A stretch of DNA of 63,286 bases, the filler included. It is 4 parts of 4 records of this genome, joined end to end, with 100 filler letters (N's around TTAATTAATTAA, not from the genome) between each part and the next. Parts side by side here need not be neighbours in the genome. Positions count along the whole stretch, not along the records: positions 28,821 to 40,795 come from DRR723986_7987; 3 more parts are not named here. The stretch is one strand, 5' to 3'. The position numbers and the translations under genes are program-made. The notes under the pieces were generated by a model. It ran no database searches, had not been told where the DNA came from, and saw only the letters and a list, made by a program, of their open reading frames with translations. Shown here one piece after another: positions 28,822 to 38,269 of this stretch (within the stretch, counting starts at the first letter, position 1; each line of letters opens with the position of its first letter).

Positions 28822-30465
28822 TGCCGCGACTGGTTCCAGCTCTGCCTGAAAGAAGGCCTGACGGTCTTCCGTGACCAGAACTTCTCCGCCGACATGCGCT
28901 CGCGCCCGGTGCAGCGCATCAAGGATGTGATCCGCCTGCGTGCGCGCCAGTTCGCGGAAGACGCAGGTCCGCTGGCGCATTCAGTGCGTCCGGACCACTA
29001 CGGCTCTATCGACAATCTCTACACCGCGACCGTCTATGAGAAGGGCGCCGAACTGATCGGCATGCTGCGCCGGATGATCGGCGAAGAGCTCTATCGCAAT
29101 GGCATGGATCTCTATTTCGAGCGCCATGACGGACAGGCCGTGACGATCGAGGATTTCTACAAATGCTTCGAAGATGTCACTGGCGAGGATTTCGCCCAGT
29201 TTCGACTCTGGTACGCCCAGGCCGGGACGCCGGAAGTGACCGTCAAGGAAAACTGGAATCCCGAGACGCATGAAATCGAGATAACGCTGACGCAGAAGAC
29301 GCCGCCGACGCCCGGCCAGCCGGAGAAACAGCCGGTACCGATCCCGCTGGAAATGGCGCTGCTGGATGAGGAAGGCAATCTCGCCGAATGGACGACCATC
29401 CTTGAAGACGAGGATGTGACCCTGACGCTTGAAATGCCGGACACGGTGACCGAGCCGCCGCTCGTCTCGGTAAACCGCGATTTCACGGCGCCTGTGCGCC
29501 TGAACCGCAAACTGTCGCGTGACCAGCGCCTCGCCATGGTCCGTATGGAGACAGACCCGTTCAATCAGTGGGACGCGGTCCAGACGCTGGTGAAGGAAGA
29601 GATCCTTGCCCTTTCCGAAGGCAGTCAGGCTGAGCCGGACGATGCACTCGTCGCGGCACTCGCCGGCGCGGTGGAAAATGCCGTGGACGACCCGGCCTTT
29701 GCCGCGCTGCTGACGCGCCTTCCGGAAGTGGGGGAGATGTTCCTGGAGCGCCAGCCAGCCGATGCGGTTGCGCTGAATGCGGCCCGGAAAAAGCTCCAGT
29801 CTGCACTCGCGGCCAAACTGTCCGGCTTCATTGCCGACACGCTCGGCAAGCCAACACCTGCGCCGTTCGATCCGGGTGCTGAACAGGCCGGGATCCGTGC
29901 CCTGCGTACGGCGATGATCGTGTTGCTCGGTGTCTCGCCGGATACGGGCGCCGCCGATACGCTCCGCAAGCTCTATGATGGCGCGACCAACATGACCGAA
30001 CGCCTCGCAGCGCTGCGCGCCTACACTGTGCAGAAAGGCGGCAAGTCGAACGATGCCCTCGCCGATTTCGAAGAGACCTGGAAAGACAATCCGCTGGTCA
30101 TGGACAAATGGTTCGCCCTGCAGGCCACCACGGGCGATGCGGAAACCGTGAAGGCGCTTGCAGCCCATCCGGCCTTCGATCTGCGCAATCCGAACCGTGT
30201 CCGGTCGGTCGTGGCAGCCTTCACGATGCAGAACCTCGCCGCCTTCCATGCGCCGCACGGGTCCGGCTATCAGGCGGTCGAGGAGGTCATCCTCAAGGCC
30301 GATAAAGCGAACCCGGCGCTGGGCGCGCGATTGCTCACGGCGTTTGAGCAGTGGCGCATCCTGGAGCCGCAGGCGAAGGCAGCAGCAGAAACGACGCTGA
30401 AACGCCTTCAGGCGGCAGGCCTTTCCTCCAACGCAGCAGACATTGTGGCCCGCGCACTCGGCTAA
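28822..30465 (+). CDS. pepN: aminopeptidase N, 5' truncated
   Basis: CRDWFQLCLKEGLTVFRDQ, QFAEDAGPLAH, TATVYEKGAE, VMDKWF, NPNRVRS. Confidence 0.95.
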   Translation, partial: CRDWFQLCLKEGLTVFRDQNFSADMRSRPVQRIKDVIRLRARQFAEDAGPLAHSVRPDHYGSIDNLYTATVYEKGAELIGMLRRMIGEELYRNGMDLYFERHDGQAVTIEDFYKCFEDVTGEDFAQFRLWYAQAGTPEVTVKENWNPETHEIEITLTQKTPPTPGQPEKQPVPIPLEMALLDEEGNLAEWTTILEDEDVTLTLEMPDTVTEPPLVSVNRDFTAPVRLNRKLSRDQRLAMVRMETDPFNQWDAVQTLVKEEILALSEGSQAEPDDALVAALAGAVENAVDDPAFAALLTRLPEVGEMFLERQPADAVALNAARKKLQSALAAKLSGFIADTLGKPTPAPFDPGAEQAGIRALRTAMIVLLGVSPDTGAADTLRKLYDGATNMTERLAALRAYTVQKGGKSNDALADFEETWKDNPLVMDKWFALQATTGDAETVKALAAHPAFDLRNPNRVRSVVAAFTMQNLAAFHAPHGSGYQAVEEVILKADKANPALGARLLTAFEQWRILEPQAKAAAETTLKRLQAAGLSSNAADIVARALG

Positions 30466-30534
30466 GGCGGTGCGTTAACGAAACTTTGAGATTTGTTAAC
30501 GCTCGGGCAATGATTCCGGCGGACAAGGTAATTT

Positions 30535-32964
30535 GTGCGAATGTCGCCCGCTTTGCGGGCATGGGATCATCCATTGGTAGACGCGGATAGAAAATCCCAA
30601 TCAAATCAAGCTTCAGACCCCGTGTCTGAAGTGATTTCAGCGCGCCTGAAATGGACGATCGCCGGCACGATCTTCCTGCTCGCAGCGGCCATGGGCCTGA
30701 AAGCCTGGGACGAGCACCAGCGCGCTGACGCGAACCTGTTGCTGACACTGCAGGCAGAGGCCGAAGCGCTCGCCGGGCGGGTCGCAGGCCGGGCTGACAC
30801 GGTCGAGACCGCAATCCGGCTTGTGGCAGACAGCCATGCGTCCCGGTCCGCCGTTGCTGGTGCCACGCCGGGCGTTGATGCGGTCATTTCCTTGTCCGAT
30901 GCGAAACAGGCGCCAGATGGCAGCCGGCTCGACGCCGCAGCCATGTTGGCCGAGCAGCTGATCCAGAAAGGCCAGCGCGCCGGCCTGTCCGAGCTTGGCG
31001 ATGTCGTGCTGGTCACGGGCAGCGAACGGAAAGCCATCATCGCGCTCGCCCCGGCGGGCACGTGGTTGCCGGCAACCATGCCGGGACGCGAGATTTCGCT
31101 CGTCTCAGGCGGACTTCAGATCGTGGCGGGGGACCCGGTACCGCGTCCGGCAAATGGGCTTCGTCCGATCCGTCAGGCCGGATTTGAAAAGGGCGAGGGC
31201 CTGCAGCGGTCCGCGCTGGCATGCAGCGATCTCGCCGGTGGCGGACTCGCCGTGTGCAACACTACCCGCGCGGATGTGTTCACGCGGGACGATCTGGTCA
31301 GCCTGCTGATTTTCGCGCTTCTGCTTGCTGCACCTGTCCTGGCTATCACGGGTCTACTGGGCCGCCTGTCGAAACAGCAGGCCAATACGATTGTCGAAGC
31401 TGCTCGGGACGAACAGGCCGACCGGATCATGGCGACCGTCATGCGCAGCGCCCGCGCCGGCTATTGGGAATGGACACCGGACCAGACGTCTGTCTTCCTG
31501 TCGGAAGCCTCCAGTGACCTACTGGGCCTTGAAGGCATGCGCACCGTGTCGCTCGGCAATCTGCTGAAACAGGTTCATCCCGAACATCAGGCACGCGTGC
31601 GCGAGGCGATCGAGAAGTCCCGCGACATCGGATGGCTGCAGGTCTCCTTCGCTGCGGCCCAGCCGCCGCTGCGCTGGATCGAGATGCGCGGTTCGGGCAC
31701 AGAGACGGATGATGGCGCGCTGTTCGGCGGCATCATGCTGGACATAACAGACCGGAAGCAGGCGGAAGATCGCGTGAAGGCTGCCGAGCGGCGCCTGCGC
31801 ATCGCGCTGGAAGGTTTCAGTGGTCCATTCGCGCTCTGGGATCACCGCAAGCGCCTGCTTTACTGGAACCGCGCCTTTGCCACGGATTTCGGCCTGACCA
31901 ACACATTACGGCCCGGCATGACCCATGAGACGGTCGCCATCGCAAGGGCGGGGGCGATACGGGCAGAGCGCGCTTCAGAAGATGACACACAAGCCAACCT
32001 GATCGGCCTGCAAGGCGGACGCTGGCTGAAGCTGGTCGAGCGGCCGTCTCCGGACGGCGGCCTGATCACGATTGGCATCGATGTCACCGAGAATATCGGC
32101 AAGGAAGAAGAACTGCGCCGCCAGAAGGAGCGCATGCGCAAGACGGTTCTGGATCTCGAACGCTCGGAAGGCCGTGCGGGCGAACTTGCGCGCAAACTGA
32201 CGGAAGAGAAATCTCGCGCCGAAAACGCTGCAAACTCAAAGTCCGCCTTCCTGGCAAATATGAGCCACGAGCTGCGCACGCCGCTGAACGCCATCAATGG
32301 CTTCTCGGAGATCCTTGCGAACGAGTTGTACGGATCGCTGGGAGACCCGCGCTATAAAGGCTATGCGCAGGACATCCTGGCATCCGGCCAGCACCTGCTG
32401 GACATGATCAACGACATTCTCGATATGGCGAAGATCGAGGCCGGCAAGATGACGATCAATCCGCAACCGATCGATCCGGTCGACCCGGTCGATGCGGCGG
32501 TGCGGATGATCCGCCGCAAGGCGTCCGACAAGGATATCGAGGTCGTGCTGGATGTTCAGCCCGGCCTGCCGGAGATCGACGCCGACCATCGTGCCATCCG
32601 CCAGATGGTGCTGAACCTTGTCTCCAACGCCATCAAGTTCACCAATGCGGGCGGCAGGATCACGGTGGCCATTCAGCAATATGGCCCGGACATCAAAGTG
32701 TCCGTCACCGATACGGGTATCGGCATTCCGGCGGCGGATCTTCCGCGCCTGTCACAGCCTTTCGAACAGGCTGCTGGCGCACATGACCGTAATTATGAAG
32801 GCACGGGGCTCGGCCTCGCGCTGACCAAATCCTTCGCGGAAATGCATGGCGGAATGCTCAGCATTTCGTCCATCGAGGGGGAGGGCACGACCGTCGCCTT
32901 CACCCTGCCGATTGCCGGGCCCGGTGAGATGGAAGACGAAACCGGCGACCGCGACGCGGCCTGA
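30535..32964 (+). CDS. pleC: PleC-like PAS sensor histidine kinase
   Basis: Two TMs, PAS-like domains, KSAFLANMSHELRTPLNAINGFSE; follows pepN as in Caulobacter; true start probably further downstream (30574 or 30622). Confidence 0.75.
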   Translation: MRMSPALRAWDHPLVDADRKSQSNQASDPVSEVISARLKWTIAGTIFLLAAAMGLKAWDEHQRADANLLLTLQAEAEALAGRVAGRADTVETAIRLVADSHASRSAVAGATPGVDAVISLSDAKQAPDGSRLDAAAMLAEQLIQKGQRAGLSELGDVVLVTGSERKAIIALAPAGTWLPATMPGREISLVSGGLQIVAGDPVPRPANGLRPIRQAGFEKGEGLQRSALACSDLAGGGLAVCNTTRADVFTRDDLVSLLIFALLLAAPVLAITGLLGRLSKQQANTIVEAARDEQADRIMATVMRSARAGYWEWTPDQTSVFLSEASSDLLGLEGMRTVSLGNLLKQVHPEHQARVREAIEKSRDIGWLQVSFAAAQPPLRWIEMRGSGTETDDGALFGGIMLDITDRKQAEDRVKAAERRLRIALEGFSGPFALWDHRKRLLYWNRAFATDFGLTNTLRPGMTHETVAIARAGAIRAERASEDDTQANLIGLQGGRWLKLVERPSPDGGLITIGIDVTENIGKEEELRRQKERMRKTVLDLERSEGRAGELARKLTEEKSRAENAANSKSAFLANMSHELRTPLNAINGFSEILANELYGSLGDPRYKGYAQDILASGQHLLDMINDILDMAKIEAGKMTINPQPIDPVDPVDAAVRMIRRKASDKDIEVVLDVQPGLPEIDADHRAIRQMVLNLVSNAIKFTNAGGRITVAIQQYGPDIKVSVTDTGIGIPAADLPRLSQPFEQAAGAHDRNYEGTGLGLALTKSFAEMHGGMLSISSIEGEGTTVAFTLPIAGPGEMEDETGDRDAA

Positions 32965-32977
32965 TCAGGTCGTCTGA

Positions 32978-33583
32978 TCAGGCAGGCGGGCGCTCGTTCC
33001 ACGCCAAAATACGTGTACCGGCATTGCACGCGACGACGCCCCAGGCACCCGTCCTGAGCTTCGGCTGCAGGCCGACCGGTACCGCATCCACTACATCTGG
33101 CAGGAACCGGGCGATGCCATTGCTGGTGACCACGAGAATAGTCTCTTCCTTCGGCAGGCGGGACGCTTCTGCGAGCAGGGATTTCCAGCCGGCATGAATG
33201 GCGGCCTTGTCCACGGTCCAGCCGTCCGGCACGCGGCTGTCTTCCTCCCAGGCCCGCATGGCGTCTTCGCCGATACGGGCGACCACCTTGTCCTCGGCCA
33301 CATTTTCGTCCGGGCCATAATCGATTTCCGTCAGGAAAGGCAGGACAGTGAGGTCGGGGCCATCCGCGCGGGCGCCGAGGATGGTGGCGGCGGTTTCCCG
33401 CGTGCGCTGAAGGGAGGAGCAATAGGCCACGCGGAGGGCTGTGTCAGCAAAGTGGCGGGAAAGCGCTTCGGCCTGTTCTGTGCCGGATCTGGAAAGCGGC
33501 AGGTCCGTTCGGCCGCCGACACGCGTGACCACATCACCTTTGTCAAACGTATTGCCATGGCGGCAGACAATGATCCGTCCCAT
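32978..33583 (-). CDS. histidine phosphatase (phosphoglycerate mutase-like) family protein
   Basis: MGRIIVCRHGNT, SSLQRTRETA, EIDYG motifs. Confidence 0.88.
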   Translation of the reverse strand: MGRIIVCRHGNTFDKGDVVTRVGGRTDLPLSRSGTEQAEALSRHFADTALRVAYCSSLQRTRETAATILGARADGPDLTVLPFLTEIDYGPDENVAEDKVVARIGEDAMRAWEEDSRVPDGWTVDKAAIHAGWKSLLAEASRLPKEETILVVTSNGIARFLPDVVDAVPVGLQPKLRTGAWGVVACNAGTRILAWNERPPA

Positions 33584-33588
33584 GAGGG

Positions 33589-34398
33589 TCAGGCCTCCAG
33601 CGGGTCGCCATGCTCGGCGACGAGGCGTTCTGCAAGGGCGACATCTTCCGCCGTGTCGATGCCGGGAATGGCGATCCGGTCCGGGGCCACCTCGACGCAC
33701 TGGATGCTCATGCCGTTCTCGAGCAGGCGCAGCTGCTCCAGGCCTTCGAGCTGTTCGTAACGTCCCTCCGGCAGGCTGACATAACGGCGCAGCGCTTCCA
33801 GCCGGTAGGCATAGAGACCGATGTGGCGGCACACGGGCGACGGGTCGCCCTTCGTCCGCAAGGCTGCTTCCTTGCGCATGGCGGGGATCAGGTTCTTGGA
33901 GAACCACAAGGCTCGACCGGCTTCATCATGGACCAGCGTGGTGCCGGAAAACGGCGTTTCCTGCTTGTGAAGGCGGAAGGCGTCGAGTGCGTCCCAGCTG
34001 AGGCGGACATAGGGGGTTGCCGCATCCGCGCCAGACTCCCTTGCGGCTTCTGCGACGGCAATGACATGGGCCGGCGGGGTGAAGGGAGAGTCGCCCTGCA
34101 GATTGACCACAACGTCTGGCGCGGCGCCCATCGCGTCTGCGGCTGCCAGCGCGCGGTCCGTGCCGGAAGGCAGGTCCGGATCCGTCATCACGACCGGGAT
34201 GCCAAGCTCCCGGCAATGGGTTTCGATCCGCGCGTCGTCCGTTGCCACCACATGCTGCGCTTCGCCAAGTGCGTCCGCCGCCTTCGCAGCCATCGCCGCG
34301 ACACGCGACACCATGGTGCGCCCTGCAATCTTCACCAGAGGTTTGCCAGGCAGGCGGGTGGAGGCATAGCGTGCCGGGACGACGATCAGTGTACGCAT
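33589..34398 (-). CDS. kdsB: 3-deoxy-manno-octulosonate cytidylyltransferase
   Basis: VPARYASTRLPGKPL, SGTDR, VNLQGD, HIGLYAY, LEQLRLLENG. Confidence 0.9.
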   Translation of the reverse strand: MRTLIVVPARYASTRLPGKPLVKIAGRTMVSRVAAMAAKAADALGEAQHVVATDDARIETHCRELGIPVVMTDPDLPSGTDRALAAADAMGAAPDVVVNLQGDSPFTPPAHVIAVAEAARESGADAATPYVRLSWDALDAFRLHKQETPFSGTTLVHDEAGRALWFSKNLIPAMRKEAALRTKGDPSPVCRHIGLYAYRLEALRRYVSLPEGRYEQLEGLEQLRLLENGMSIQCVEVAPDRIAIPGIDTAEDVALAERLVAEHGDPLEA

Positions 34399-34403
34399 GT
34401 GTT

Positions 34404-34856
34404 TCAGTCCTGGTGATGCCCGTCGAGATCGAACGTGCCGTCGCGCATTTCGGTCATTACGCCCACGAAGGGGATGATCCAGCTGATGGCTTCATCGCTG
34501 ACGCCCTCGTCCTGAAGGAAGGCGGTCAGGGCGGGAACGAATTCCTCATGGCGGCCGCACTGGTCGACGGCGGCTTCCAGCTCCGGCAGGACAGTGCGGT
34601 TGAACGAGTCGGCGAAGGTCTGGATCCGGTTGGATTTACGGGCGAGAGCGATGGCAACAAACGGGTCCACCTCGCCGTCTTCACGGGCCAGCCGGCGGAA
34701 GTCGTTGATGAGGCCACGGTTTTCAGATGCGAACTTCCGCAGGATCTTGTCCGTCTTGTAGTCGATCCACTCGGCAGAGCAGGGCTCGGGTTCGACGGTC
34801 GCACAGGCTGCCAGCGGCAGCAGGAGCAGGGTCAGGGCAATCAGGCGCGGGGTCAT
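34404..34856 (-). CDS. hypothetical lipoprotein
   Basis: Lipobox LAAC; 5 nt upstream of kdsB. Confidence 0.75.
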   Translation of the reverse strand: MTPRLIALTLLLLPLAACATVEPEPCSAEWIDYKTDKILRKFASENRGLINDFRRLAREDGEVDPFVAIALARKSNRIQTFADSFNRTVLPELEAAVDQCGRHEEFVPALTAFLQDEGVSDEAISWIIPFVGVMTEMRDGTFDLDGHHQD

Positions 34857-34940
34857 CCGGTAGCTCCGGCAAGTGTGTCAGAAATCGAGCGTACCCTAGA
34901 GGGGCTCGGCGGGCCTGCAAAGCCTTCGCGTTCAGACGGA

Positions 34941-34970
34941 AAAAGCCCCGGCAGGGCAGTGCCGGGGCTT
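34941..34970 (-). terminator. intrinsic terminator after the blaR1-like gene
   Basis: AAGCCCCGGCA/TGCCGGGGCTT stem, with a T run on the minus strand. Confidence 0.75.
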
Positions 34971-35005
34971 GATTCTGGGATTTGGACGCGAACGCTTTCT
35001 GGAGC

Positions 35006-36955
35006 TTATTGTTCAGCGCCGTCGAGTTCGCCTTCCGGGAAGACCTGGTCGCGGAACGACTTCTTTTCGACATCGCACAGCTTCTTGCTGGAATTGATGA
35101 CCGCCAAAGTGGTGGGGGACCGCAGCGCTTCGCCATCACCCTTCACGCAGGCGATCTTGACCGTGTTCTTGCCATTCCCGAGGTCGACGGTGCGGCTCAT
35201 CACTTTCGTCTGACCATCCGCAAGGTCGGCGTCGCGGCATTCTTCCACGAGGGCATCAAGGGCGTCGGAGGTTGCGTCGATACGGAATTCGAAGTCGTCG
35301 CCGAATTTCTCCTCGATGAGCGCTTCGAGCTTCACGGATTTCTCTTCCAGACGGCTTTCCAGCTCCTCGGTCATGCGTTCGAGTTCCGGTTCGAGCTTCT
35401 GGTGCATCTCTTCCGCGCGGGTTTCGTAGACGACGGTCCATTGTTCCGCGCGTTTCTCGAACTGTTCTCCCCATTCTTCCCATTTCCTGCCCCAGGCTTC
35501 CCAGTCCTCGTCGGACATTTCGCCATCAAACCGGACGTCGAAATCTTCGTTGAAGTCCATGACGATGGGTAGGTCGTTCAGCTCGGCCATGAGGGCCTGG
35601 AACTCTGCGTCGTCTTCCATGGAGAAAGTCATTTCGGGAAGGTTCGAAGTGATCTTGGCCGTGAGCTTGGTGATCAGTCTGCCTTCCTCAGCCATTTCCT
35701 GGGACAGCCGGTTGATCTCCGCAGTAAATTCGGGACCAGGCTCGATGCCTTCAAAAGGCTCGCCGAGGACAATGATCTGGCGGTCAGGGACCATCTTGCC
35801 ATTCACGTAGACGGTGCCGTTCTCGATCCGCAGTTCACGGTGATCGCGTTCGCCTGCATTGGCCGGGACCGAGGAGGTCGCGATCAGGGCGGCTACACCG
35901 ATGACAGCGGTTGCGGCGCCACCGGCAAGGCGGCGGGTGCGGGTCGGAACCGGATGAGTCATGCGGCTGAGGCGCTCCTTCAGGGCGTGCGTCAAAGGCA
36001 GGCCCGCACCAACAGGCAGCCGCTCCTGCGAGGCCGACTTCACGGCCTTGATCAGCGTGGCGCCATAGGCGTGCGGCGAGGCGGTGCCCGTCTTCAGCAC
36101 GTCTGCATCGCAGGCGGCTTCCTGATCCGTGCGGAATGCGCGGTGGGCGTAGTAGGCCAGCGGATTGAACCACATGCAGGCAATGAAGAACTCTGCCAGC
36201 TGCAGGGCCCAGAGATCGCCGCGGCGCACGTGGGTCAGCTCGTGGGCGAGGGCGGCGCGCTGCTGGGTGTCGTCATAATCCGTCTCGAACCATGCCGGCA
36301 GCAAGACGACCGGGCGGAACAGGCCGGTCACAAGCGGGCCGGATGAAATGAAGCTGGAGGCGATCACCGGCAGGCGCTTCAGGCCGACCTGCATGGCAAC
36401 CTGTTGTGAAATGCGCTGCAGGCGGGGCGACACGTTCACGGCTTCCCGCTTTACGGTCTGCATGAATACGTGCTGGCGCCAAAGGCTGAGACCGAAGGCA
36501 ATCAAAGCTCCGCCTGCCCAGACAAGGAACAGGCCGGGCACCAGCAAGACAGACAATGTGTCGATCAAGGTAGGGGAAGGTGCCAGACCGCTCGCGATCA
36601 CACTTTCCGCCAGAGGAGGGGCAGGCATGACGGTCGGGGCAGACGGAGAAGTGACGAGTACCGGAAGGATTGCTTCTGGAGCTGAGGCAGCTGTGAACAT
36701 GCTTGCTGGTTCCGCAGCGGCTTCAGGTGACGCGGACTTGTGCAAGCCCAGCAAGGGCATCAGGGAAACCGGGACCTGTAGCGGCGGCAGGACCAGACGG
36801 GCCAGCGGCAGGGCCCAAAGGGCATAGGCAACACCCGCGCCGAAATGCTTGGCAACCGGCCGACGGACAACAAGGATCAGGCCGATCAGCACGGACACAG
36901 CCAGAACGGTCTGCAAGGCCGATGTCATGTCAGGAAGGAAAGTTGCGCCATTCAT
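35006..36955 (-). CDS. BlaR1/MecR1-like M56 metallopeptidase with an atypical C-terminal domain
   Basis: YALWALPLARL, GPLVTGLFRPVVLLP, HELTH zinc motif, WFNPL, DQEAACDA. Confidence 0.9.
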   Translation of the reverse strand: MNGATFLPDMTSALQTVLAVSVLIGLILVVRRPVAKHFGAGVAYALWALPLARLVLPPLQVPVSLMPLLGLHKSASPEAAAEPASMFTAASAPEAILPVLVTSPSAPTVMPAPPLAESVIASGLAPSPTLIDTLSVLLVPGLFLVWAGGALIAFGLSLWRQHVFMQTVKREAVNVSPRLQRISQQVAMQVGLKRLPVIASSFISSGPLVTGLFRPVVLLPAWFETDYDDTQQRAALAHELTHVRRGDLWALQLAEFFIACMWFNPLAYYAHRAFRTDQEAACDADVLKTGTASPHAYGATLIKAVKSASQERLPVGAGLPLTHALKERLSRMTHPVPTRTRRLAGGAATAVIGVAALIATSSVPANAGERDHRELRIENGTVYVNGKMVPDRQIIVLGEPFEGIEPGPEFTAEINRLSQEMAEEGRLITKLTAKITSNLPEMTFSMEDDAEFQALMAELNDLPIVMDFNEDFDVRFDGEMSDEDWEAWGRKWEEWGEQFEKRAEQWTVVYETRAEEMHQKLEPELERMTEELESRLEEKSVKLEALIEEKFGDDFEFRIDATSDALDALVEECRDADLADGQTKVMSRTVDLGNGKNTVKIACVKGDGEALRSPTTLAVINSSKKLCDVEKKSFRDQVFPEGELDGAEQ

Positions 36956-37317
36956 TTCTTCAGATCCCCCAGCAGGCGTTCCAGTTCTTCAATGTCTTCC
37001 GGTGTCAGGCCGCGCGTATCCGCCAGGTGTGCGACCAGTGGTGCCGCCCGGCCGGAGAAAACGCGGTCCACGAACTGGCCGGCAGCTTTCGCCTTGTAGG
37101 CGCCCTCTTCAATGATGGGGTGATAGAGATAGCGGCGGCCATCTTCCTCCGTGCGAAGGGCGCCTTTCTCGACCAGGCGCGCCAGCAGGGTTTTCACGGT
37201 GCGGCTGGTCCAGTCTTTCTCATCGCCCAATGCCTCATGAACGTCGGATGCGGCGAGGCCTGGCGTCTGCCAGAGCACGCTCATTACATCGAGTTCGGCG
37301 GCGGAAATTTTCATCAC
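36952..37317 (-). CDS. BlaI/MecI/CopY family repressor
   Basis: ISAAELDVMSVLW, W..RTVKTLLARLVEKG, GRRYLY; ATGA overlap with the M56 gene. Confidence 0.92.
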   Translation of the reverse strand: MMKISAAELDVMSVLWQTPGLAASDVHEALGDEKDWTSRTVKTLLARLVEKGALRTEEDGRRYLYHPIIEEGAYKAKAAGQFVDRVFSGRAAPLVAHLADTRGLTPEDIEELERLLGDLKK

Positions 37318-37333
37318 TGGGACTCCCCGGTAA

Positions 37334-37374
37334 GACTACGAGTGTGGTCATAAGACATGACTACAAGCGTGGTC
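37334..37374. promoter_or_regulatory. tandem BlaI/CopY-type operators
   Basis: GACTACGAGTGTGGTC (37334-37349) and GACTACAAGCGTGGTC (37359-37374), both near GACTACAnnTGTAGTC. Confidence 0.7.
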
Positions 37375-37522
37375 AATGGGTTTCTTTGCAGAGTTGCGTG
37401 ACAAGTTCGTAAGGTCAGGCTTTGATACACCGCGCCTGCGTGAGTGGCTTCAATTCAGGGAAGCGCTCCTGTAGGAGAAGAGGGAGTGTCCCGGGGCCGG
37501 GGCCAGAGTGAGGGTAAGGTAG

Positions 37523-38269
37523 ATGAACCGAAGGATGCTGGGAGCGCTGAGCCTGGCGCTTCTCACGGCAGGCTGTGCTGAAACCGGGACAAGTGGCGAG
37601 TTTGGCCGCGTACTGGGAGAGGTCCTTGGTTCCGCCACCACACCAGGATCTCAGGGCGCTCTGAGCATTGCAGAGATCGATGCGGGCCTGCGCGAAGCGC
37701 TGACGGTTGGCACGAATCTGGTCGCCAGCCAGTTGGGCCAGACGAACGGCTATTACGGCGACCCGAAAATCCGCATTCCGCTTCCCAAGACCTATCGGAC
37801 CATCCAGTCAAACCTCGCCAAGGTCGGCGCCAGCGGACCGCTCGACGATCTTGAGCTGCGCATGAACCGCGCGGCGGAGGATTCGGTGCCGGAGGCGCAG
37901 GCCCTGATTCTCGGCGCCATCCGCAACATGACGATCAGCGACGCGCTGAACATCCTGAATGGCGGGGACACGGCAGCGACGGATTACCTGCGCTCCAGGA
38001 CGGAAACCCAATTGCGCGCCGCCTTCACCCCCTATGCCCGGGATGCGCTGTCGAAGTCCGGTGCGTTCACGGCGATGGAAGGCGTTGCTGCGCAGTATGG
38101 CGCTGGCGGAATCACCTCCAGCCTTCAGGCGGATTTGACCGCCCACGCGGTGGACTACGGCCTCGATGGCATTTTCCTTTATGTTGCCCAGGAAGAGAAA
38201 AAGATCCGGGAGAACCCGGTGGCGCGAACGACAGAGCTGCTGCGGCGCGTGTTCGGGAAACGCGGCTGA
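37523..38269 (+). CDS. DUF4197 family lipoprotein
   Basis: Lipobox TAGC; GLREAL, MNRAAE, EEKKIRENPVARTTELLRRVFG. Confidence 0.85.
   Translation: MNRRMLGALSLALLTAGCAETGTSGEFGRVLGEVLGSATTPGSQGALSIAEIDAGLREALTVGTNLVASQLGQTNGYYGDPKIRIPLPKTYRTIQSNLAKVGASGPLDDLELRMNRAAEDSVPEAQALILGAIRNMTISDALNILNGGDTAATDYLRSRTETQLRAAFTPYARDALSKSGAFTAMEGVAAQYGAGGITSSLQADLTAHAVDYGLDGIFLYVAQEEKKIRENPVARTTELLRRVFGKRG

Noticed and set aside
28981-30258. Long antisense ORFs (e.g. 425 aa opposite pepN; also 52927-54255 and 54802-56007)
   Set aside because: Shadow frames of well-supported genes in high-GC sequence, with no recognisable motifs.
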